A DNA stretch of 64,000 bases from Alphaproteobacteria bacterium (GTDB lineage: Bacteria; Pseudomonadota; Alphaproteobacteria; MPNO01): contig CBDFLJ010000001.1 of NCBI GenBank assembly GCA_965248835.1, forward strand, positions 192,001 to 256,000, written 5' to 3'. Both the position numbers and the translations under genes were made by a program. Under the pieces are notes generated by a model. The model made no database searches. It was given only the letters and a program-made list of their open reading frames with translations, and had not been told where the DNA came from. Within the stretch, counting starts at the first letter, position 1. The number at the start of each line of letters is the position of its first letter. Positions 9,388 through 17,821 of this stretch are shown piece by piece.

Positions 9388-12300
9388 GGATCCTGTCACG
9401 AGTACTGAGCGATCTCGCCGCGAAGCACGTCGCGGCGGTTCGGTCCGAGGAGCGCGATTGCAGATTGATCTTCCCTGGGCTCACGGAATCGCTTGCAGTT
9501 GAGCTGCACGAGGAGTTGCGGCGCCGAGTAGCCGCAGGTGCCGACGGAAGCGCCTCTGGCATCCCAGTCTACCTGGCACTTGATTACCCGGGATCGCGTT
9601 TCGGTCCTGACAAGTCGAAGGGCTGGCTGCACTACGAGGCCGTGACGAGTGTTCGGCAGGGCAGTTTCGTCACCGTCTGCATGCCGAAGGTCCTTCCGAA
9701 GCTCCATGACTCGATCCGTGGGACTGGGAGCCCTATTCGCGGATTGACGTTTGCCGACGAGTGGCCGTGGAAGGACGGCGGCGTGGAAGCCTTTCGCTTC
9801 AGCGGGCCGGTCCTTGAGGCCATCCTGGACATGTGGACGGCCGACACAGCGTCCCGCCGATGGATCAGGGAAATAATCCTTGAGGGGCTGCTCCCAGCTA
9901 CAGCCCCGCTACGAGACGCGATCCGTGTTTCCCTGCTGTTGGAGGGGATCCTGGGGTCCTTCGAACCCGCGCTCTATCCGGAGCTCGATGACGTAGTCGA
10001 CAAGTTCTGCTTCCACTGCGGCATTCCGCGAGTGGTGTCTCGCGAGACAGTCAACCCGAAGGACTACGTCGATTCGGTCGTGAGCACCGCCAAGGCGCTG
10101 GAAGAGCAGAGAACGACAAACCCCGAGTTCCGCGACTACCTTGTGAACGAGGTAGCGGTGAGCACATTCGCGGCGCTCGACCCTGGTTCGCTTCAGCAGC
10201 TCAGGAGTTCACTCGACCTGCTATTGGACGGAGCACTCGAACTTGGAGCAGACAGCGGCCTGCTCGCGTATCGCGGTGGGCTCGGAAATGAGTCGAGTTC
10301 CGCGAGCATCGAGGCGTGGTCCGCGTTGGACGTGGACCGGCTACGGAAGCTCTTCGGCGTGGGTGAGCCGGACACAGTGCAGTGCACCGCATCTTTGCCG
10401 GAAGGCAAAGGTGTGGTGTCGACCGACGGGAAGCAAGTGGCCATCTTCGAGGGAGCGCCGCTCGCACTGAATATCGCAGTAAAGATCGGGACTGATCGTT
10501 TCGAATCCGGAGATTTCCAGATTCTATGCAAGCGACGTCAGCGCCAGCTCTACGAGCAGGAGTGCGACGAGGCGGAGTTCCAGTCAACCTTCAACGTACC
10601 GCCGAACGAGTTGCCCGGAACTCGGAACCGACACAGCTTGGTGGTTCAGCTCGTTCGATTTCAACAGATCGTGAGAGAAGCCCGCGTAGACGTCCACGTT
10701 TGCGGAACCGCGAGACCTGCTCTGTGCGTATTTGAGCCCGACTTCAATATCGTCGATCTCTTGGAGTCCGAACCGGACTCCACCGATTCAGAGTCGGTCA
10801 TGCTGACCTGTCGAGAGCCCGTACGGGCGCACGTGCTCGACTGGCGAGCAACGGACCCGTGCCGCGTGACCGCGGATGATGAGATCCTACCGCTGAATGT
10901 TGCCGAACATCCTGCCAACGGGGAGCCTGGTCCAACCCGGTACAATCTCCGAGAGGCGATTGACGTGGAGAGCTTCTCCGGCGCGCGAATAGACCTGCGG
11001 ATCGAAGCTTCAGACCTTGAGCGGGATGTGACGCTCTTTGGTGAGGACATCGAGCCTGGTGAGTTCACCCTCGAGGACGAGCTCCGAGTTGCCACTGCTG
11101 CAGCCAGCGCATCACGTCTACGCCGGGTTCTGCCGTTCTTCCGAGGCGACGGAGATTTCGTACTCCCGAAGCTTGGCGAGCTTGACGCCGCCTCCCGACG
11201 CCGCGTGGATCTCGGTCGGGTTTTCGAGGAGCCGGACGGGTGGAAGCCTGTGCTGGTCGATTTCGTTGAGGCTGCGGGGTGCGAAATCGACGCACTGGTC
11301 TCTCGGCCATTCTGGAGAACGACTGGGACGAGCCTGTCCTTCCTTGAGGACATGGAGCCGACCGACTCCTTCGACGCGGCTCTCGCGCAGTATGCCCGGT
11401 GCCGAGACACCGTCATCCAGATAGCGAGGAGCTACGTCCAGGAGTACGCCACGCCGTCAGAGCGACCCCTCTACATCGTCGCGCCGATCTATGTGGCGCG
11501 CGACGACGTGTCTATCGAGACCGCGATCTCGCAGTACCTCGACGCATACTCGGCCGTCTTGAACCTGCTCCTGGACGGTAGCTTGTCGCCGGGTGAGGTC
11601 TTTACGTTCGTCCACTTGGATTCGGTCGTGCTTGAGCGTTCTCGCGCTGATGAAAACCAGCTCGACCTACGAATTTCGCTGCTTGGCCCATGGCATCCGC
11701 TCGTCGTCGCGAAGCGCTTCATGGTCCAGCACTGGATCTACGCTGCGGCAGAGGAGAGCGGCCGCCTGGCGAAGCAGCACAGGCGGCTCGCGTCCCTGTT
11801 CGAGGGGGTGGATGGGTTCAGGGTGGTGCCGGGATTCGATGCTGACAGCCTCGGTCTGGACGTGTCGTTCGCCTTTCCCACATCCGATCCCGGGTGGCAC
11901 TTGGCGGTCGCCAGCAGTGCGTTCTCGGCCTTGGCGGGCAGCAGCCTCGGCAGCCTGCGTGGGTTTGGGGGAAAGCTTCGGCGTTCGCAGGGCCTCAGAT
12001 CGTCGCTCTACCTTGCGGGCACCGACCTTTGGAGCGAGAGCTTCGTTCGCAGTTTCCAACGCTCGCATCCCTCAAGGCGGCAGCTCGGGCTTCGCGTTAG
12101 TCGAGGGCTTGACGCCAGACCGGTGGTCGACTCTTGTGCGCGGCTGCTCGGTGACCAGCGGGCGCGGTCCGGTCGCCTTGGGGCGCTGCTGCCCGGTGGA
12201 ATCCACCTCTTCCTAGAAGAACGCCTCGACGAGCGCCAGCGGCTGCCGTGGCAACAACCGGCGGTGTTCGTCTACGAGGCGCTGCAGGACGCCCACTGCT

Positions 12301-14885
12301 ACGAGAACTTTCACCCCGACATTCTCTTGCTCCCGCAACGCGAAGAGGTGCGTCCGGCGTGGCTTCCGGGCAGGACCGACGAAGGCCTCGCGGTGCCCAG
12401 GGGACGCGATCGAGGCGCGGTGTTCTCCATGCCGCTCGTTGACCTAAGCACTGATCGCCATGGCCTCCCGGTGTCACGCATCCAGGAAAGTGGCGAGGCT
12501 GGCGTTGCTGAGCGTCACGTGGCCGAAGGTGCTCGCGAAGGTGACTTGCCTCCCGTGGGCGAGGGCTACCGCAGGGCGCTGGCGTCGATTGACGAGCTGG
12601 CAAGTCAGGTCCGCCCGCAACGACCCGCGCTCGTCCAGGAACTCGGCCTTCCACCGTCGCTTCGATGTGATTGGACCGTGCTTCCCGGGGCGCATGTCGA
12701 TGCCGGCGCGCTGGCAACCTACATCGCTGGTCGCGGTGCGGCAGAGGGAGAGGAACGGGCGTTGTGGGACTACCGGCTTGATGTCGGTCGGTCCGTGAGA
12801 AGCTACTTCATAGTTTGCAAAGTCCCGAAGTCCGTTCTGTCTTCGCTGACTGCGAAATCGCTGGCTCTCGGGCCCGAGGACGCGTCTTCGGCACTTCGAG
12901 AACTCGCCGAGGTGGGGTTCGCGGTCGGCGAGACGATGCGGTCTGGTAAGGCGGCGGTGGGTGTGCTCGGGGTCGTAGGAGCGCTCCGCCTTGCGCGAGC
13001 AGCATGGGCCGCTGGCGAGGCCAACGGGCGACGCTGGTGTACTGTCCTCCTACCAGTTGATTGTATCACGGACCTCCTGGTGGCTCCGCCCGACGTGGAA
13101 ACCCCGAGCAAGCGCACGGACTTACTCGCCATCAATCTTGCATGGAGGATCGAGGGGCCGCCAACATTGACGATTTCGCCATGTGCGGTCGAGTGCAAGT
13201 ACGTCTCGGAGACGTATGCCGCCAGCACAGTCCAAGACGCCCTTGGGCAAGCCGAGGCGACCTACCAGGTCGTGTGGCAGCTCCTCTCGCTGGCGCAATC
13301 GGAAGCCGGTATGCACGCGCGACTTGCGCTCTGCCACATACTGCGGTTCGGCCTCCGGCTCCTCGCCGCGCGGGGAGACGCGACGATGGCCGACGAGCAA
13401 GCCATCCTTGACGCGACACTCTCGGGATCGTTCGACCTCTCGCCACCTGTCGCCCCCAGCCTTCTGGTGACCACGAGTTGCGGCACGACCGGTGATGGCG
13501 CCGTCGATGTGCGTGCGGGTGGCTGGTGGGTGGGGCTAACGGCTGATTGCTGGCCCAGGGAGATCCCGTCACTCTCGAACCCGCTAGTTCGGCAGCTGTC
13601 AAAAGTGTTCCCCGCGATCGAGCCGCACACAGGCGACGGTAGCACTAGGAAGGGCGGGGAGGCGACGAGAACGAGTTCGCCAAACAGTGCCGCGGGTACC
13701 CGTGGTCTTCGTGAATCGGCAGGGCAGGAAGACGGTGCACCGTCGGCCGCTGAACTCCATGGCGAAGACGATGCAGAACGGTCTTCCCGCGCCGAAGCAC
13801 CCGAGACGCCGTCCAAGTCGGACGAACGGGAAGTGGAGGCAGGGGCCGCGGCGGCCTCCGACAACCTCATCCACCCGGTCTTCAAAGGTTTCGTAGGTAA
13901 CAGGGCTGCGGCCGAAGCACTGAGTATCCAGCTCCGGTACGTGGAACAAACGGGAACCACGGCGATCAGATCCGTCGGCTTGTTCGGTCCCAAGAGTACC
14001 GGGAAGACTGAACTCTCCCGACGATTGGCGGGCGCATTGGGGGTGCCCTATCTCCCGCTTAGCGAGACGGGCCTGCGCGATATCGACCAGCTTGCTGACC
14101 GAATGCAGGAGCGTGCCCGCGAAGCCGGGAAACCAATGACTGTGGTCGATCACCAAGGCGGGCAGGCGGTCCTCCGCTCGCCACCGATTCTCGTATTCAT
14201 TGACGAGGTGCACCAACTCAGCGCAAGGGTTCAGGATACGCTCCTGCCTGTCTTGGAAGCCGATGACCGGATGTTACGCGGCTCCCGAGTGATCATCGAC
14301 GCGCGAGATGTCAGCTTCGTCATTGCGACAACCGATTGGGGCAAGCTCCGCGAGGCGTTTCGCAGCCGAGTGCGCGCCGTCATGCTCGAGCCGTACAACA
14401 CTGATGAGGTTGTCCGGATGTTGCGGTATCGCATCGAGTCTGCCTCTCGAGATCACGACGCGGGCGCCGACGTCGACCCATCAGTTGGGCAGCTCAGCGA
14501 AGATGCGCTAGTCGCGATTTCCACTGCCGCGAGGGCGGTGCCCCGGGTGGCGCTAGACCTCCTTCGCGAGATCGGCATGGCACTTCGGATCCGCATCTGC
14601 GGACCAAGTGTGGACGCAGTCTGGGGGCACCTCCAGAAGATGGTGCCGTGCGACCGGCAAGGGCTGACGAGCCGCGACCGCAAATACCTGCGCATCGTGG
14701 CGAACCGCGGCCCGATCGGGCTGGACAACATCGCCACGGAACTGGGCACAGACCGGTCTAATGTGGAGGGAGCAATCGAGCCGTTTCTCGCCCAAATGGG
14801 CTGGGTTCAGTGGGGTTCAACCGGGCGGACGCTGACCACCAGCGGGAGACGACTCGTGGCGCAGCTCCCGCACCCAGACGGGTGA
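9384..14885 (+). CDS. 1833-aa protein: unknown N-terminus + PD-(D/E)xK-like motif + C-terminal RuvB-like AAA+ and winged helix (DptH-like position)
   Basis: RTDLLAI...AVECK (D1246, E1270, K1272); FVGN, GPKSTGKT, FIDEVHQL, ATT...FRSR, ARAVPRVA, GLTSRDRKYL..GPIGLDNIA..IEPFL..GR.LT. Confidence 0.8.
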   Translation: MRILSRVLSDLAAKHVAAVRSEERDCRLIFPGLTESLAVELHEELRRRVAAGADGSASGIPVYLALDYPGSRFGPDKSKGWLHYEAVTSVRQGSFVTVCMPKVLPKLHDSIRGTGSPIRGLTFADEWPWKDGGVEAFRFSGPVLEAILDMWTADTASRRWIREIILEGLLPATAPLRDAIRVSLLLEGILGSFEPALYPELDDVVDKFCFHCGIPRVVSRETVNPKDYVDSVVSTAKALEEQRTTNPEFRDYLVNEVAVSTFAALDPGSLQQLRSSLDLLLDGALELGADSGLLAYRGGLGNESSSASIEAWSALDVDRLRKLFGVGEPDTVQCTASLPEGKGVVSTDGKQVAIFEGAPLALNIAVKIGTDRFESGDFQILCKRRQRQLYEQECDEAEFQSTFNVPPNELPGTRNRHSLVVQLVRFQQIVREARVDVHVCGTARPALCVFEPDFNIVDLLESEPDSTDSESVMLTCREPVRAHVLDWRATDPCRVTADDEILPLNVAEHPANGEPGPTRYNLREAIDVESFSGARIDLRIEASDLERDVTLFGEDIEPGEFTLEDELRVATAAASASRLRRVLPFFRGDGDFVLPKLGELDAASRRRVDLGRVFEEPDGWKPVLVDFVEAAGCEIDALVSRPFWRTTGTSLSFLEDMEPTDSFDAALAQYARCRDTVIQIARSYVQEYATPSERPLYIVAPIYVARDDVSIETAISQYLDAYSAVLNLLLDGSLSPGEVFTFVHLDSVVLERSRADENQLDLRISLLGPWHPLVVAKRFMVQHWIYAAAEESGRLAKQHRRLASLFEGVDGFRVVPGFDADSLGLDVSFAFPTSDPGWHLAVASSAFSALAGSSLGSLRGFGGKLRRSQGLRSSLYLAGTDLWSESFVRSFQRSHPSRRQLGLRVSRGLDARPVVDSCARLLGDQRARSGRLGALLPGGIHLFLEERLDERQRLPWQQPAVFVYEALQDAHCYENFHPDILLLPQREEVRPAWLPGRTDEGLAVPRGRDRGAVFSMPLVDLSTDRHGLPVSRIQESGEAGVAERHVAEGAREGDLPPVGEGYRRALASIDELASQVRPQRPALVQELGLPPSLRCDWTVLPGAHVDAGALATYIAGRGAAEGEERALWDYRLDVGRSVRSYFIVCKVPKSVLSSLTAKSLALGPEDASSALRELAEVGFAVGETMRSGKAAVGVLGVVGALRLARAAWAAGEANGRRWCTVLLPVDCITDLLVAPPDVETPSKRTDLLAINLAWRIEGPPTLTISPCAVECKYVSETYAASTVQDALGQAEATYQVVWQLLSLAQSEAGMHARLALCHILRFGLRLLAARGDATMADEQAILDATLSGSFDLSPPVAPSLLVTTSCGTTGDGAVDVRAGGWWVGLTADCWPREIPSLSNPLVRQLSKVFPAIEPHTGDGSTRKGGEATRTSSPNSAAGTRGLRESAGQEDGAPSAAELHGEDDAERSSRAEAPETPSKSDEREVEAGAAAASDNLIHPVFKGFVGNRAAAEALSIQLRYVEQTGTTAIRSVGLFGPKSTGKTELSRRLAGALGVPYLPLSETGLRDIDQLADRMQERAREAGKPMTVVDHQGGQAVLRSPPILVFIDEVHQLSARVQDTLLPVLEADDRMLRGSRVIIDARDVSFVIATTDWGKLREAFRSRVRAVMLEPYNTDEVVRMLRYRIESASRDHDAGADVDPSVGQLSEDALVAISTAARAVPRVALDLLREIGMALRIRICGPSVDAVWGHLQKMVPCDRQGLTSRDRKYLRIVANRGPIGLDNIATELGTDRSNVEGAIEPFLAQMGWVQWGSTGRTLTTSGRRLVAQLPHPDG

Positions 14886-15592
14886 TGGGCGCCGGAGCGG
14901 TCGGCGTGGGATTTTCGAAATCGCGGCGACGGGAGTATCGGGATCGGGAGATCGTCAGGCGTTTGCTGTCGTGGTTTGACGACTACGGCCGTCAACTTCC
15001 GTGGCGGCACAGCACCATGGAGCCGTGGCAGGTGCTCGTGGTCGAGATACTGCTGCAGCAGACGCGCGCGGAGAGGATTGGCGCCTTTGTGCCAGCGTTC
15101 CTGGACGACTTCCCGTCGTTGCGTGCGCTGGCCGAAACCGACGAGCCAACGTTAGCTGAAAGGCTGGCGACACTAGGGCTGCAAAATCGGCGTGCGGGCC
15201 GGCTCGTTGCCCTAGCCGGTGTGCTACTGGCAAGGGACGGTCAGATCCCCAACTCCAAGCCGGAACTCGAATCGCTCCCAGGAGTCGGGCCCTACGTCGC
15301 TGCCGCGTACATGTCCACCGTCCTCGAACAGCCAGAGCCGATGGTTGACGTGAACATGGCACGGCTGATTGAGCGGCTCTACGGACCAAGGACGCTGGCA
15401 GATATCCGGTACGATCCGCACATTAACGGCATCGCCCACCGGTTGATCCACCTTGCAGCCCGACCCAAGGAGTTCAACTGGGCAGTGCTGGACCTCGGCG
15501 CCGCGCATTGCACGGCGCGGTCTCCATCGTGTGTCGGCTGCCCTCTACTAGAGGTTTGCCCTTTCGGTCGACCACGCGTCACGAGTGCTTGA
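14885..15592 (+). CDS. HhH-GPD [4Fe-4S] DNA glycosylase (MutY/Mig-like, no MutT-like C-domain)
   Basis: TGATG overlap with the upstream stop; RQLPWR, EILLQQT, LPGVGPY, VDVN, C-x6-C-x2-C-x5-C. Confidence 0.88.
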   Translation: MGAGAVGVGFSKSRRREYRDREIVRRLLSWFDDYGRQLPWRHSTMEPWQVLVVEILLQQTRAERIGAFVPAFLDDFPSLRALAETDEPTLAERLATLGLQNRRAGRLVALAGVLLARDGQIPNSKPELESLPGVGPYVAAAYMSTVLEQPEPMVDVNMARLIERLYGPRTLADIRYDPHINGIAHRLIHLAARPKEFNWAVLDLGAAHCTARSPSCVGCPLLEVCPFGRPRVTSA

Positions 15593-17242
15593 GCCTGGTC
15601 TGGTGCGTCGAGCAGACGTAATGGCGGCTCGGAAAGCAGTGTCGATTTCGTCGAGTTGTGACCGTGCTGTACCCTTCACATTGGGCGTCGTGTAGAACCC
15701 ACCGTCAGGCTCGAAACGGCAAGCTGGGTCCTCCTCGACGAGGAGCAGGAACTGCCTAATCCGTGCTGCCACCGCGTGGGCAAACCGTGGGGGAACCGCG
15801 TTCGCGACTTGCGTATATTGCGGGACGTAGACTCCCGCACGCCTCCGCTCCGCCCCCGTCGTTCGGACGCCCTTGAACTCGAACCAGTCGGGGAAGGTCT
15901 GGAGACGAGCAACCTCTCGAACCGTGGGAATCCTATCCTCAGCGTGGTGGACGATATCGTCGGGAAGTGACGTGACCGTGAGCATCGGCCACTCGTCCGC
16001 GAGAAGCACGCGTTGCGATGCTTTCTTGGTGACGAGCTCGGGAAACTGCTCGCTGAACTGGCGGCGAAGCCACCCGCTGCTACACCGATGCTTTCGTGCT
16101 TCTGGCGAGCTCGTTGCAGCCGTACGAAGAAGCTGGAGTTTCCGAGCCACGTCGGGGCGATGCGAAGACGCCTCGTGGTTGAAGTACTCTTCCAATGTAG
16201 CCTCGCCTGCCGAGTCCATGATCCCGCCGTCGAGGTATTGCGACTGCAGAGCCCTCACTTCGCGGAGGAACCCGCTCGGACCATGCCTCCCATTTCGACG
16301 GTACGGCTGGCTCCAGCTCTTTCCGGTCCCGTAGGGCGGCGGTGTGCCCGCCAGATCGCTGAGGATCTCCTTGGCGGCAAGAGAAGACCCTGCCGGTACC
16401 GCCGCTCCCAGGAGCCGACCGTCGGTTGGTCGGCTGTGTGGACAGGCGACCGGGAATAGCAGCCGTGGCAAACTCTCGCATGCGCTGGGATGAACGAGGT
16501 CTCGACGGACTGCTACGAGCAACAGGCGTCGTCGGGTCTGCGGGACGCCGAGAGGTTCGCCGTGGACGATCTCAGCGTACACGTAGTACCCGGGGCGGTT
16601 CTTGCCCCGGCGAGAGAGTCCCAGGCCGATCTTGCGGATCAGGTCAGCGTGACGCTCCAACATGCCCAGGACGTTCTCCAAGATGGCAATGCGCGGTTGG
16701 ACGACACCGATGACTCGAATAGCTTCGTGGACGAGTAAGTTCCGCTCGTCGTCTGGGCACGCTTTGCCGGCGGACGAGAAGCCCTGGCACGGTGGGCCCG
16801 CCACGAGCAAGTCGATGCCGGCGGGGCGGCGCTTAAGCCACGTCCGCAGCCACCGGTCTGGCAGCACCTCGCGGATGTCGCCACCACGCATGTGACGCTC
16901 GAAGTCCTGAGGGAGCGCTTCCCGGTCCTTGAGCATTTGCTGTCGAGCCTCGGCCCGGTACGCCTTGCGCGCGCGCGTGGATGGGTCATCAGGTCGTTCT
17001 GGAAACACGCCTTCCAGCGTGTCGCTAAGGATGTTGTGCCGATACGTCCACTCCGCGTCGACTGAATACTCGTTGGCGAGCACGACGTCGAAGCCTGCTC
17101 GGCGTAGCCCCAGCGAGAACCCGCCCGCTCCCGCGAAGAGGTCAATGGCTGTCGGTACTCGGTGAAGGACAGCGGCGTCGCGTCCCGTGCGTCCACGCCC
17201 ACCGGTGCTGCTCTTCGCAGTGATCCTCTCTCGTCCTCCCAC
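15548..17242 (-). CDS. DNA (cytosine-5)-methyltransferase
   Basis: Motifs I DLFAGAGG, IV GPPCQGFS, VI ENV, VIII QTRRR, IX TVREVARLQTFPD, X QVANAVPP. Confidence 0.93.
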   Translation of the reverse strand: MGGRERITAKSSTGGRGRTGRDAAVLHRVPTAIDLFAGAGGFSLGLRRAGFDVVLANEYSVDAEWTYRHNILSDTLEGVFPERPDDPSTRARKAYRAEARQQMLKDREALPQDFERHMRGGDIREVLPDRWLRTWLKRRPAGIDLLVAGPPCQGFSSAGKACPDDERNLLVHEAIRVIGVVQPRIAILENVLGMLERHADLIRKIGLGLSRRGKNRPGYYVYAEIVHGEPLGVPQTRRRLLLVAVRRDLVHPSACESLPRLLFPVACPHSRPTDGRLLGAAVPAGSSLAAKEILSDLAGTPPPYGTGKSWSQPYRRNGRHGPSGFLREVRALQSQYLDGGIMDSAGEATLEEYFNHEASSHRPDVARKLQLLRTAATSSPEARKHRCSSGWLRRQFSEQFPELVTKKASQRVLLADEWPMLTVTSLPDDIVHHAEDRIPTVREVARLQTFPDWFEFKGVRTTGAERRRAGVYVPQYTQVANAVPPRFAHAVAARIRQFLLLVEEDPACRFEPDGGFYTTPNVKGTARSQLDEIDTAFRAAITSARRTRPGSSTRDAWSTERANL

Positions 17243-17436
17243 TATTTCTTCTCTAATTTCCTGTTGTTCAGTGAGAAGGATCGCTGCAGCCGGTAACCCT
17301 CGTTGTCGAGGTGGTCCCTGATCAAGCGCGCCACCAGGGTGCTCTTCTTGAAGCCGCGTTCATCGCAGTACGCCTTGAACCGAACGTGCTCCTCCTGGTC
17401 CAGGAGCACCGTGATTTGGTACCTCTTCTCAGCCAC
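17242..17436 (-). CDS. Small ribbon-helix-helix (CopG-like) regulator
   Basis: 64 aa: QITVLL strand then two helices (FKAYC..GFKKSTLVARLIRDHL); stop overlaps the MTase GTG. Confidence 0.65.
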   Translation of the reverse strand: MAEKRYQITVLLDQEEHVRFKAYCDERGFKKSTLVARLIRDHLDNEGYRLQRSFSLNNRKLEKK

Positions 17437-17471
17437 GCGGCACCTCGCCTGCTGTTTGTGAGCTGCTTCGT

Positions 17472-17500
17472 CTGCTACCGCGAAAGTGTATAGAAGTCAA
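17472..17500 (-). promoter_or_regulatory. Candidate sigma70 promoter of the RHH-MTase operon
   Basis: TTGACT-17 nt-TAGCAG in an AT-rich gap, with TTCTA repeated on both sides of the -35 box. Confidence 0.35.
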
Positions 17501-17821
17501 TAGAAATGAATGTGAATGCATATTGGTGCTCACTTTACAGCATTTCTAGCTAGGCGTCCCGGATGTGCCCGGGGCCGCACCGGGAAGAAGGTTCGGGAAA
17601 CATATTGAGCCGGGAGGTCGTTGCCGCGCATGCAACGAAGCCCTTCGATGATTAAGATGGGGCACGCACCTCGCGCGCATCGAACGCGCGCATCGTGAGT
17701 CCGCCTTGGCCGTCATTGAAGACGATGATCTGGACTTCGAACACCCGACAGCGGCCGCGGAGCGGGCGCGGCAGTTCCATGTCGTCAAGGAATTTTTGAC
17801 CGCCACCGCGCTCGGCACGTC

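Noticed and set aside
13881-14885. Housekeeping ruvB gene
   Set aside because: It is in frame within the 1833-aa ORF with no separate start, has no ruvA/ruvC neighbours and has a diverged Walker A; treated as a fused domain.
4840-14885. Naming the genes dndF/dndG/dndH and calling a phosphorothioate system
   Set aside because: No dndABCDE or ssp genes are present, and the similarity rests on order, size and motifs, not on an alignment.
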